Assembly (NCBI GenBank): GCA_964016885.1 | Contig: CAXHJY010001183.1 | Coordinates: forward strand, 27,549-91,548 | Direction of reading: 5' to 3' | Source: Eledone cirrhosa | Lineage: Eukaryota | DNA: 64,000 bases | Part shown: in pieces, positions 13,998-25,347 of the stretch | Layout: every line of letters begins with the position of its first letter | How positions within the stretch are numbered: position 1 is the first letter of the stretch | Position numbers and translations under genes: made by a program | The notes under the pieces: model-generated | The model's input: the letters and a program-made list of their open reading frames with translations, nothing else | The model's database searches: none | What the model was told of the DNA's origin: nothing

Positions 13998-14000
<3 letters not shown>
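13178..14000 (+). mobile_element. Non-coding element with about 60-bp terminal direct repeats
   Basis: ATATTACCATCTTAAACTTTGTTTAC(A/G)GTAACCACACAGCCCGCTTC at about 13178 and 13937. Ends at (TA)n. Confidence 0.6.
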
Positions 14001-14027
<27 letters not shown>

Positions 14028-14028
<1 letters not shown>

Positions 14029-15525
14029 CAAAATAAAGATCCGAAAGCATAGTATAAATTTCCAATCATTTTAATCACGACACATGTTTCAATAAGAGAT
14101 AGATCGATCGTGTAGCCATGATCGATTATCACTGATCTCGTCAGGTGAAAATGAATTGTCTTCAAATCCTTGATATGAGGGAGAAAATTAACGGTGTTCA
14201 CTCCCAGAGTTTAGTCCCTCATATGAAGATCAAGCAGTCAAAACACGGCGACTGCTATCGTCCTCAGTTAGGGTCATAAAACTATTAAGTCTCTATCTCC
14301 CAATAGCTGTAAAAGACGCTGGACATCAATCAAATCTATAGAATTACAGTCGATCACAGTTCATGTGAGGGGGTACACACACACTCACACACACATGATG
14401 CGAGGTCAAAGAATAAATATATATATTTATACATATTCCAACATAGTATCAAATCTGTAGAACTATAGAGGGTCACAGTTAGTGTGAGTGAGTACACACA
14501 CACTCACACACCACCGATGAGTGGTCAAAGAAAAGATATATAAATATACCAACATAGTATTCACCGAAAGTTAGTTTACAAAACAACAAATGTTATATTG
14601 GTCAAATCCCAATTTGACGATGTAAATTGGAAAAATTGGGTCAACCGCAACCCTATACACACGCAAGTAAGTTCAGTTCAATGTTCTGCTATACGTATAT
14701 AGATTGAATTGTAACATCCATATCTTCAAATAGTGTATGTTATGGTATATACACATCCGTATCATCCCAAAAAAAGTGTATGTTTTGGCACATACAGATC
14801 CATGTGAAGATCAAGTAGTCAGCTCATATCGAACTCAGTATGTGCCGTTGTCCCATTGAGAATCTGAGTCCTCAAATCTGTGCGTGCAAGCAACTGCTAT
14901 GTAGGCCACCAAGGGGCTCTGTGTATGGTTGGGTATTTGGGTTAAGGTGTCAGTATGTGCGATTTCCCGTCATATGGGCCCTTGGGCTTTTAAGATACGT
15001 GTTTGAGTGGTGGCGGTCCAACACAAAAATAAAAATAAAAAATAAAGAATAGCAAAACCCAGAGGATGTGTGTAGGCCCATTAATGGTGTGTAAGTATTA
15101 TTGTCCAATCTGTAACCGTGAGCACTCCATGATTAGATGATCACGGATCAAAACCTAGTGTAGTGTTCAATCGATAGGAACGTGACCAGTCATAACTGTG
15201 GGAACTCAGTGTCTAAAGAAACCGGGTACTGTGTGTAGAGTTATGTATAGAGAGCGTAATTAGTCTTAACTGAGTGTGTAATACGTCTAACTATTTACTA
15301 ACCGAGAGAACTCAATGGTTAGGGTATCCTAAAGTAATGGTGAATGCGCGTAATCTATCTTACCTGAGTGTGTAATCATTCTAACTATTTACTAACTAGG
15401 TGTTCTAATGTGCACTCAGCTGTGAGAACTCTGTGGAAACAGGCCGAGTACCGTTTGTAAGTACACAAACGATCTTAGCTGTCTAACTACCTGAGTGTGT
15501 GATTGTCTGTTTTTTGCTAATTGAG
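14028..15525 (-). mobile_element. About 1.5-kb non-coding HHR-bearing element with internal direct repeats
   Basis: Abuts (TA)n at 14028. HHR near that end. About 120-bp duplication at 14328-14560 and three CTGAGTGTG-containing repeats at 15270-15500. The far boundary is approximate. Confidence 0.5.
14063..14158 (-). ncRNA. Type I hammerhead ribozyme with long stem II
   Basis: Reverse complement: CATTTTCAC-CTGACGA-GAT...ATCGATC/GATCGAT...ATT-GAAAC-ATGT-GTC-GTGATTAAAATG; triplet GUC. Confidence 0.8.
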
Positions 15526-15529
15526 AGAA

Positions 15530-15645
15530 CGTGTAGCTGAGTGGTTAGAGAATTGGATTCACAATCTTGAGGTTGTGAGTTCGATTCCTGGACCGGGCGA
15601 TGCGTTATGTCATTGAGCAAGACACTTTATTTCACGTTGCTCCTT
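15530..15645 (+). mobile_element. tRNA-derived SINE 5' part (second family)
   Basis: A box TAGCTGAGTGG, B box GAGTTCGATTCC, then TTGAGCAAGACACTTTATTTCAC. Relatives at about 25760-26480, 3720-3950 (-), 27720-27920 (-), 36470-36660 (-), 44760-45060 (-) and 47310-47650 (-). Confidence 0.7.
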
Positions 15646-16029
15646 CTACCTGGAATTGCGACCGATAGATAGTACTAGCAACTGGAAAGAACAACGGAAA
15701 CATTGTTTCCTCGGTCCGATTTGACGAAAGTCGATCGATCCTTTATATATATATATATATTGTTGATTTCGGATTTACAGAAATCTACCGGAGATATTGC
15801 ATAATATCGACGGGATGGTCCAGGTTTGTCAAATTATCCTGAGTTGGTTTTCTCGTTGCTTTGGTCCCTGCGGCTGGCTCACCGGTTACAATCTTCAATT
15901 TGTCAAGCTGTCTAAACGTAATGTTATTACTCTAAGGTAAAACTACCTTACTGAGTGCTTAGCTGTACATTCCGGATTGCATTCGTTAGCATGGCCGTAG
16001 CCAGAGCTTCGATTCTACTGAACTTCCAT

Positions 16030-16200
16030 TTTTCTTTAATCCGACAGAATGATTAATTTTATAAATGTTGCATTAAATATACATAAATATGCATATTTGA
16101 TGCAACATTTATAAAACTATTCATTCTGTCGGATTAAAGGAAGAATAATCTTTAAATATACTTCTGAGCATTTTCGCCTTCACTTTTTAACTATGTATGT
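16030..16200. repeat. Foldback of the terminus of the element family at 59420-59570
   Basis: CTTTAATCCGACAGAATGA...ATAT is mirrored at 16092-16140. 16100-16195 is the reverse-complement homolog of 59422-59520. Confidence 0.75.
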
Positions 16201-16592
16201 GGGGGAGGGGGGGGGGGGGGGGGGGGGTAAATATATGTTAGTTAATCACCGACACTGTTGTACGCAGAATAGAGCACTCAACGAAGTATACAAGTAGGTC
16301 TGCGTACTCCGGAGTATAATTAGAATATGAAGTACAAGTCAACAGGTTAGAAGTTGATTCATTTATTCATTATACAATCACTGCTATATATATATTGCGG
16401 TGATAGCTGTTATACAACAGTTATAACCTCATCAGACTGCTAATATTTGAAGAGAAAAAATTACTTACGCTGTTTCAATTCATTGGTGTTGCTTTCTCAA
16501 AGCACCGGTGACATACACAACAGTGATTGTATAATGAACAAATGAAGTAAATTGAAACCTGTTGATTTGTACTTTATTATTATTATTATTAT

Positions 16593-16654
<62 letters not shown>

Positions 16655-19600
16655 TTCGTTGTTCTCAGTCATTGATGTTATTTAACTGGAAAGTTTGTTC
16701 AAATGAACAGCATGCCGCTACCTGCAGCCTCATATATTCAGGACGTATCGGAGGAAGAGAGATACATGTAAATATGTATACATATAAATGACAACAGACA
16801 TTTACTGATGGAGTGACTCAATGCATGTAGCTGTCTTATTTATTATATGTAACTTGGTTAACTGCTACTCGAGTTTCTATGAGCCAACGACTAATTCATT
16901 CTGGTTAGTGGTTGTATAGAAAATACAATCAGAATCTCATTGGATCAAAAGGAAAATAGATAATAGAAATATTTTTTTAATCAAAATATAACTTTTAAGA
17001 AACTTTACGTTATTTTATAGTTCCAAATGAGCCTAAAATAATCCTCTTTCCTCCTTTCTCTCCCTCTTTTTCTACCTCCCTCTCCTTCTCTCCCACTCTT
17101 TCCCTCTCGCTCCCCCTTTCTCTCTCTCTCTCTATCTATCTATATGTCTCTCTGTATAAATCTATAAGCTACTTATGTAGAAAGTATGGCAATTCTTTAA
17201 CGCTTTCTGATAATGTGCTCAGGCTTTATGGAGTTTAGACATTTTATCAATAATTACGATACACTTCATTTGCAAAATTATGTATTCTGCAAGTAAAATT
17301 TTGAAGCAGTGGAACATGGCGCCACGTTTGTCTATCTTTTTTGTACTTGATTGTTTTTGTTTTAATATGGAAAAGGAATTGTAAGCAACTCTGTTTCCTG
17401 AGTTGGCGCCTGGGTATTTTGCGCTCTATATAATATCTACAGTGACCATCCACTCCTCCAAAATAATTTGAACTTCCAGTTTGGCAAACTGGCAAATATA
17501 ATTTACTATACCTGCATTTTCTACTACACATTCCACACACATCCAAGTCAAATCATGTGACAGTTGGCGCCTGGATATTTAGCGCCCTAGACTAGCTATG
17601 CAGTGTGCGCACCATTCTCACAAATAAAACAATTTTAACTTGCAATTTGGTAAAGCTGACAAGCCTAGTCTTTTTACATTTATTGCTCTGACCACACAAA
17701 GAAAATTACTAACCCTGCAATTTCCACTACACAGTCCACACTAACCCACGCCAACAAATCATGTGATAAGTCATAATAAAATACGACCATCTTTATTATT
17801 TTACATATTTTCACACTCACACACATACACACTCATCCCATCTACGCAGCGTGGTCAACGTTTTACACGAAATCTACAACAGTCTTAATACAATAGATAG
17901 AATTTTTCCCACTAAAATCTAGAATATTGCTTATGACAGTAAAATAAACACAGATAGCTGCCAGGTGATTGAAACAAATTGACTTCAGTGGTAATTCCCA
18001 TAACATCATCAATCCAACATTGTCACAATTCTTACAAAAAGTAAATTGACATTAACAAAAGACATTAGTAACAACTTCATCCAGTAGTAGGTGATGATGA
18101 TGATGATTATGATGGATCCTGCATCCGTTTCGATGATGAGCATGCAGTTGTGAGATCAACGGAACAACATGCTCGTGAAGTGTAGGTGATTGAGTATTCC
18201 ACAGACACGTGTACCCTTAGCATAATTCCCAGCGAGACGTAGTTTGTGATAATGCTGTATCTTTGAATTACAGCTACAGTCCATCATACATTATAGTATA
18301 ACTGGTCGAGTATTCTACAGACACGAATTCCTTTAAAGTAATTCCCAAGCCAAATCAATGAGGCAAGGCTGGATATTCGAATTACAGTTACAGTCCATCC
18401 AACGGGCTTCCACACAGTTTCCATTATCCAATTTCACAAGGCTTGGATTGGTCGGAAGCTATGGTAAAAACACTTGCCGAAGATTCCACGAAATGGAATT
18501 AAACCCAGGACCTCATAATTTAGAAGCCAACTTCTTAACCTCTGCATCCAATAACGAGGTACAACTTTTAGTAATACATAAGCTCCTCGAGTATATTGTT
18601 TTAGTGTTCTGAAGATTTTAATCGTTTAGTTACGGTAGTTCAAATAAAAGTTAATGCCTATGATTTTCAATTTGTTTTTTTGATATTCAAGAATTTTGAG
18701 AAATTTAGAGATATAACTAATTTTGGAAAGGTTTGATGTACACAGTAAGTGATGTGAATATTTGGACTGGAAGACATATAAATATGTACAATATCTCAAA
18801 TAACTACATATAAGAAATACAATAACGATCACAGATTAAAGTGGCAGGGTGAATTGAGGTGGATATGAAGGAGTATAGAAACAGTACCTCAAACAACTAC
18901 ACTATACATACACAACTGCAATTATTAAAAACTTTTCTGTTTAATATTTAAATAAGACAGTGTAGAAAATTATGGATTTTCTCACATTCGATATAGTTGC
19001 ACTAGGTCACCGAAAATATCCATAACCCTAATTGTATCCTCATGCATATGCTCTCCTGTGTATGTTTATGTGCGTACGTTCGTACATGCACCATATGTGT
19101 ATATTGTGTGTGTTTTTATGACAGTTCATTCGTAATTCATAAGTAGTATACAGGATAAATTTTATTGTAATTTTATTTCAATTCAATATTTTTGTTTCTA
19201 TTTAAAATATTGTTAGAGATATCAATACTGAAAAAGCAGTATCCTTTTGTTCCCTTCATTACATTCCTTTTATTGTTTAAATATACATTATAGTTTAATG
19301 TAGGAAACAATTGAAATAATAAAAACCTTTTTTGACATTTATTATTCATAGCATTTATTTCTGTCCAATTTGAATCAAATCAACCAACTGTTCGAAACTG
19401 ATAACCTTATAATTTATTTTAAAACTGTATTTATAATATCGTAAAGTATCAAAACTTCTGGTATATTCGATTCTTAGAGCGCTGTTTTCCTTTGCCAACT
19501 CATGCGTGAGAAAGGAGCCTCACGAAGTGGAATGGTTAATGCAACAGATATCGCTGGCTGTTTTCCATGACAATGCTTTCCCCTATCTTATCAACCGGTG

Positions 19601-20610
19601 GGCGCACCAGCTAAATTACTCTATCTAGCCAAGGGTGTCGAATTTACACTCCAAATTGTGAGTATCACCAGGCCTGAGGAAAGTGCCCCGCGAGATAGAA
19701 TGTTTTATACGGCGGATATCGCTGGCTGCTTTCTGCGGCAATGCCTTCGCCATCTAGTCCACCGTGGAGCGCAACTGGGATATATCTTCTTGCCAACGAT
19801 ATCGTAGATGTGGAATGGCTGATGCAGCGGATATCGCTAGTTGTTTTCAGTAGCAATGCTTTCGCTATCTTGTCCACCGCGGGGCGCAGCCGAGGTATAT
19901 TTTCCTGTGAATAGTGCATATTTCCCTTCTCAACATTCCTCCCCCTTTTTCCTTTTTTGTTTTTTGTTTTTTTGCTTTTTTTTGTTTTTGTTTTTTTGTT
20001 TGTTTTTTTGGTTTTTTGTTTTGTCTTTCTCATTATGGTATTGTATATAAAATTATATAAATAATTATCATACATTCTAATCAACATTATCAATCTGTAC
20101 ATAGATTTTGTAGTGTAATAGTTTTATTATGTTTCATTACTGGTTTGTCTGTTGCGTGTTGTTGTTGGTGATGGTGGAGGTTTTGTTCTTTATTAGTGAC
20201 AGCAGAGTTGTTCTTTGTTCGTACGGTTGTTGGTGTCGTAGTTTTGTTGTTGGTGTTTGTGGTGTTCTTTGTTGTTGTTGTTGGTGTGGTGGTGGGTTTT
20301 CTTCGCTATTTATTTATTTATATAGGGTGATAGTTGTTCCAAAGAAATGTAATTGCCAACGTTACTAGTTTAATCAGCAACAATCAATAACTCTATTGAT
20401 ATGTACTGAGGAGTCGTGTACTCTGAGAACTTGCGTTAAAAAGTTTAATTAAATCATCATATTGAGGTCACAAAAAACTAACCTAAACATTGGCTTGCAT
20501 CAGGTGACTGAAACGTCTTTTGTCAACAAATTTTATGAGGTGTTTGGAGCATTAGGTGTGCGCAGGTCAGCAATTGTGGCATGTCACTGTGCATTAAATA
20601 CTGAGAAAGC

Positions 20611-20787
<177 letters not shown>

Positions 20788-20892
20788 AGTACATCTACCA
20801 ACATATGTGTACAGATGTACACTCATGCTAGCAAATATATAAGTTATGTCTTAGTACCTATGTGGTTCTATGCAGGTGAATGCAAAACAATT

Positions 20893-21034
20893 ATATGAAA
20901 GACGTAAAATAAGAAAATTTTAAAATTTTAAAATCAACTTACTTACTAAAATTTTCACTCCAACTAATTAGTTGGAGTGAAAATTTTAGTAGGTAAGTTG
21001 ATTTTTAATTTTTTTTATTTTCTTATTTTACGTC

Positions 21035-21042
<8 letters not shown>
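20893..21042. repeat. Spacerless palindrome, about 75-bp arms, abutting (TA)n
   Basis: Centre reads TTTTCACTCCAACTAA|TTAGTTGGAGTGAAAA. Outer arms are ATGAAAGACGTAAAATAAG and CTTATTTTACGTCTTTCAT. Confidence 0.9.
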
Positions 21043-21087
<45 letters not shown>

Positions 21088-21151
21088 CCACAACGTGACC
21101 CGTTGCAAAACACATATATATATCTATGACTTTATATATATATATGTAAAC

Positions 21152-21193
<42 letters not shown>

Positions 21194-21573
21194 ATTTACA
21201 TATATATATAAAGTCATAGATATATATATGTGTTTTGCAACGGGTCACGTTGTGGCTCAATGAAGAATTAATAAATTAAATAATCAGAGCTATATATCAT
21301 AAAACATGTCTATAGACTCACTAGATAAAATATATACCGTTTCCTCTCCCAATTAGCATAATTAACCATATAAAAAAATCAATTAGACCAAGCTATAAGA
21401 ATAAAGGCTCCTATGAAGAAATCTCCAACAAATAACCGAAAGCAGCCCCTTCGCGGCGGTTACGACGGAGTATTTATCGAACATTTCGACAGCATGTATA
21501 AATCGACCAGATATACAGTCAACTAAACATAATTAGGTGTAAAATAAACTTGGAAGAAATGTGTACTTATTTA

Positions 21574-21659
21574 ATTACCTCTACCATCGTTTCGTCCGTA
21601 TTTTAAGACATCCGATAACAGGGGACATCTAGAGCTTTGGATTCATCAGGAAGTTAGCT
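21574..21659 (-). ncRNA. Type I hammerhead ribozyme (inverted copy)
   Basis: Reverse complement: ACTTC-CTGATGA-ATCC...GGAC-GAAAC-GATG-GTA-GAGGT. Confidence 0.7.
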
Positions 21660-22121
21660 CAAATTTAGACAATTAATTTTCCAAAGTGATCGCGCCAAGA
21701 ATACATTCAAAAATGGCTAAGAATCGTGACGTGGCGGCGGTCAAGTTAGAAAGGATGTGATTATGCTAATTGGGAGAGGAAACGGTATATATTTTATCTA
21801 GTGATTCTATAGACATGTTTTATGATATATAGCTCTGATTATTTAATTTATTAATTCTTCATTGAGCCACAACGTGACCCGTTGCAAAACACATATATAT
21901 CTATGAATTTATATATATGTAAACCTTTATATGTAATAATCTCCCGTTAGGTTGAGATACAATTTGGCTGTATTGGGCTGCGCTTTCTAGCAATAAACCT
22001 ACCAGCCGTAAGCAACTAATCACATCCTTTCTAACTTGACCGCTGCCACGTCACGATTCTTAGCCATTTTTTAATGTATTCTTGGCGCGATCACTTTGGA
22101 AAATTAATTGTCTAAATTTGA

Positions 22122-22206
22122 GCTAACTTCCTGATGAATCCGAAGCTCTAGATGTCCCCTGTTATCGGATGTCTTAAAATACGGACGAAACCATGGTAGA
22201 GGTAAT
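22122..22206 (+). ncRNA. Type I hammerhead ribozyme with long stem II
   Basis: ACTTC-CTGATGA(22131)-ATCCG...CGGAC-GAAA(22187)-C-CATG-GTA(22196)-GAGGT. Palindromic stem III loop. Confidence 0.78.
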
Positions 22207-22480
22207 TAAATATGTACACATTTCTTCTAAGTTTATTTTACACCTAATTATGTTTAGTTGACTGTATATCTGGTCGATTTATACATGCTGTCGAAATGTT
22301 CGATAAATGCTCCGTCGTAACCGCCGCGAGGGGGCTGCTTTCGGTTATTTGTTGGAGATTTCTTCATAGGAGCCTTTATTCTTATAGCTTGGTCTAATTG
22401 ATTTTTATATGGTTAATTATGCTAATTGGGAGAGGAGACGATATATATTTTATCTAGTGATTCTATAGACATGTTTTATG

Positions 22481-22594
<114 letters not shown>

Positions 22595-22596
22595 GT

Positions 22597-23256
22597 GGTT
22601 TTACACAACAGTTAGTTCACCATACCGAGAACAATTGTTTCACCTTAGCGGATCCTCAGCTCGGAATGGGCATGGTTATAGGAACAGGAAGGACAACCGT
22701 ACGAACGCGCATGCGTTCATCCACTAAACTCGCGAGCCAAGTATCGTCCCTCAAGGACTCAAGTATAGACTACTCCATTCAATGGAAATCCATCACTAAG
22801 TCCAAGCTATACGCAAGGGGAAATCCGACGTGTGGCTTATGTATTGACGAACAAATAACTATTCTAAAGAGATTACGCAATAGTGATTGCCTAAACACGA
22901 GAAATGAATTTTTCACACGTTGTCCACACGTCGCCAAACACCTACAAGGCTCCGGACTGATTCTTTGTAATTTTATTTTTAACCTAAAAACTTTTCGGAC
23001 TTTCGCAGTTATATGCTTTACACCTTTCGCACGCAGTCTAGTATTGCCTGTGTGAAGTGACCGGGTTTCTGCGCATGCGCGTTCGTACGGTTGTCCTTCC
23101 TGTTCCTATAACAATGCCCATTCCGAGCTGAGGATCCGCTAAGGTGAAACAATTGTTCTCGGTATGGTGAACTAACTGTTGTGTAACCATTTCTACCTAA
23201 CTCGTCCCATGGACTGAGTGCTCTACCACTACGGATATTGCCTTCCAGTGTTCCAC

Positions 23257-23260
<4 letters not shown>
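22597..23260 (+). mobile_element. 5'-truncated Penelope-like element: GIY-YIG C-terminus, pLTR and upstream inverted pLTR
   Basis: Peptide STKLASQVSSLKDSSIDYSIQWKSI...CGLCIDEQITIL...LNTRNEFFTRCPH. 22597-22715 is the reverse complement of 23072-23188. Confidence 0.8.
23123..23162 (+). ncRNA. Minimal type I hammerhead in PLE pLTR (mirror copy at 22625-22664, minus strand)
   Basis: CCGAG-CTGAGGA-TCCGCTAAGGT-GAAAC-AATT-GTT-CTCGG. Perfect 5-bp stem I, weak stem II. Confidence 0.75.
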
Positions 23261-23327
<67 letters not shown>

Positions 23328-23393
23328 CTACTAGCTTATAATTCTCACAAATTAATCTCTACTCTCTCCTTCTTGATTGGATTGTACATTTAC

Positions 23394-23452
<59 letters not shown>

Positions 23453-23487
23453 TGAGAAATAAACCAAACACTGCTAACTATATCAGA

Positions 23488-23552
23488 TGTTAATTTACGT
23501 GCATTTCATGCTTAATATCAAGAGCTTGATATTAGAACTCATCAGGATTACA
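23488..23552 (-). ncRNA. Probable, partly decayed hammerhead
   Basis: Reverse complement: TGTAATC-CTGATGA-GTTC-TAATATCAAG-CT-CTTGATATTA-AGCAT-GAAAT-GCAC-GTA-AATTAACA. Confidence 0.55.
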
Positions 23553-23867
23553 TAATATATAGTTGCCTTAAATATGTTATGTATATATATTTATATATAT
23601 TTATATCCAGAGATCGAAAAGATAATCCAGAGATCTAAAAGATATCCAAGTGGAAGTTCAACTAGAGTCCGGGTAAAAATCCATTTCCAGAGTGAAAATC
23701 CAATGTAGGAATCCGACGAATTTGAGAGTCCTCATAAGCGAATATATATATATTGGGGGGGGGGGGGTTATGTATATATACAAAAGGCAAACAGAAACAA
23801 CAAAGCAAAGGACACTGTACAATGAAGAAATGTATTATAATTTTACGCTTGATATAGTAGGAAAAGG

Positions 23868-23904
23868 CTCTTAACGTTTCGACCGCTAGTCCTTCATCAG
23901 AAGA
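23868..23904 (-). ncRNA. Minimal hammerhead (family F2)
   Basis: Reverse complement: TCTT-CTGATGA-AGGACTAGCGGTC-GAAACGTT-AAGA. Confidence 0.65.
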
Positions 23905-24044
23905 TAGAATGAGACATTAAAGAAGAAAAAAGATTGACGACATATATATATGTGTGTGTGTTTTGTGTATGTGTGTGTGTATTGTATATGTGTGTGTGCG
24001 TACGTATGTGTGTGCGTGTGTGTGTGTGCGTGTGTGTCTGTGCA

Positions 24045-24075
<31 letters not shown>

Positions 24076-24413
24076 TAACAACTATATCACAACTATATCT
24101 AAAAACACTTTGTGTTCTAATAAATCTTGAACCTGGCACATTTTCGTTATACAAAAATCTTGTTTTGCAGTTAGAGTTAAAGTAGTGAAAACATTTCTTT
24201 TGACATTATTTGAAAACATTGTTTTGAATATTCAACGAATTGTTGTTGTAAATATACGTTCTTAGCTTCGCGAAACCATAAAATTTTCTTGGTTTCATAA
24301 ACATTGTTGATGATACACATAAGTAATATACCGTAGGATAAATTATGCGTTCGAAAAACTTAGACAAGAATGATTTATGATTTTATATATATATATATTA
24401 CAGAGCAGAGTTT

Positions 24414-24726
24414 GATATCACATAAGAAACGGAAAATCAGTGTTGTGACGAATAAAATGTATTAGACATATTACAATCGTTTCTCTGGCGACCAGCTCGA
24501 GGCACGATCGATGTAATGATCGAACCTGACTCTGAAATCGCAAGGTCCTCAGAGGCGTCGCGATTCTACGAAGCAGAGTTTCCATTTGGACGTATCTGAG
24601 GACTTTGCGATTTCAGAGTCAGGTTCGATCATTACATCGATCGTGCCTCGAGCTGGTCGCCAGAGAAACGATTGTAATATGTCTAATAAATTTTATTCGT
24701 AGCAACACTGATTCTCCGTTTCTTAT

Positions 24727-24733
<7 letters not shown>
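24414..24733. mobile_element. Inverted duplication (about 140-bp arms, 41-nt spacer) of an HHR-bearing terminus between (TA)n tracts
   Basis: 24414-24553 is the reverse complement of 24595-24733 with few mismatches. Confidence 0.85.
24589..24683 (+). ncRNA. Type I hammerhead ribozyme with about 60-nt stem II domain
   Basis: GACGTAT-CTGAGGA(24596)-CTTTGCGAT...GTCGCCAGA-GAAA(24665)-C-GATT-GTA-ATATGTC. 7-bp stem I. Confidence 0.8.
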
Positions 24734-24777
<44 letters not shown>

Positions 24778-25046
24778 AATTTGCTCGAACCATGCTGGAA
24801 TATGGAAATTGGTGGTGTTTCGGAAAGCCGCTACAATGCAAATAGGGTTGTAAATATTTAGGAAAAAACACGGTTGGAGAAACAGAGGTGAGGTTGTGTG
24901 GAGAAGAAACAATGAAAAAGGAAAGAACCGGAAATAACGTTTTCTTGGAAACATTTACTGCTTTTTCGTGCAGCACCCTGTAGATATATGTATAGAGATA
25001 TATATTTGTGTGTGTGTGTGTATATATATGTATAGAGATATATATT

Positions 25047-25149
<103 letters not shown>

Positions 25150-25292
25150 ATGTGTAATAATATCGATATACCCCCTCTGCATCTCAGCGTGCATCGAATA
25201 CTACTCTGATTTGTGGTCTTGCCGGTTTTTGTGCCACAGGTGGTCCTTATATAAATACACACACATTATATGTATATGTATATATGTGTATG

Positions 25293-25347
<55 letters not shown>

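Noticed and set aside
20400-20445. CTGAGGA...GAGAAC possible hammerhead
   Set aside because: The core spacing and GAAA are wrong and stem I does not pair.
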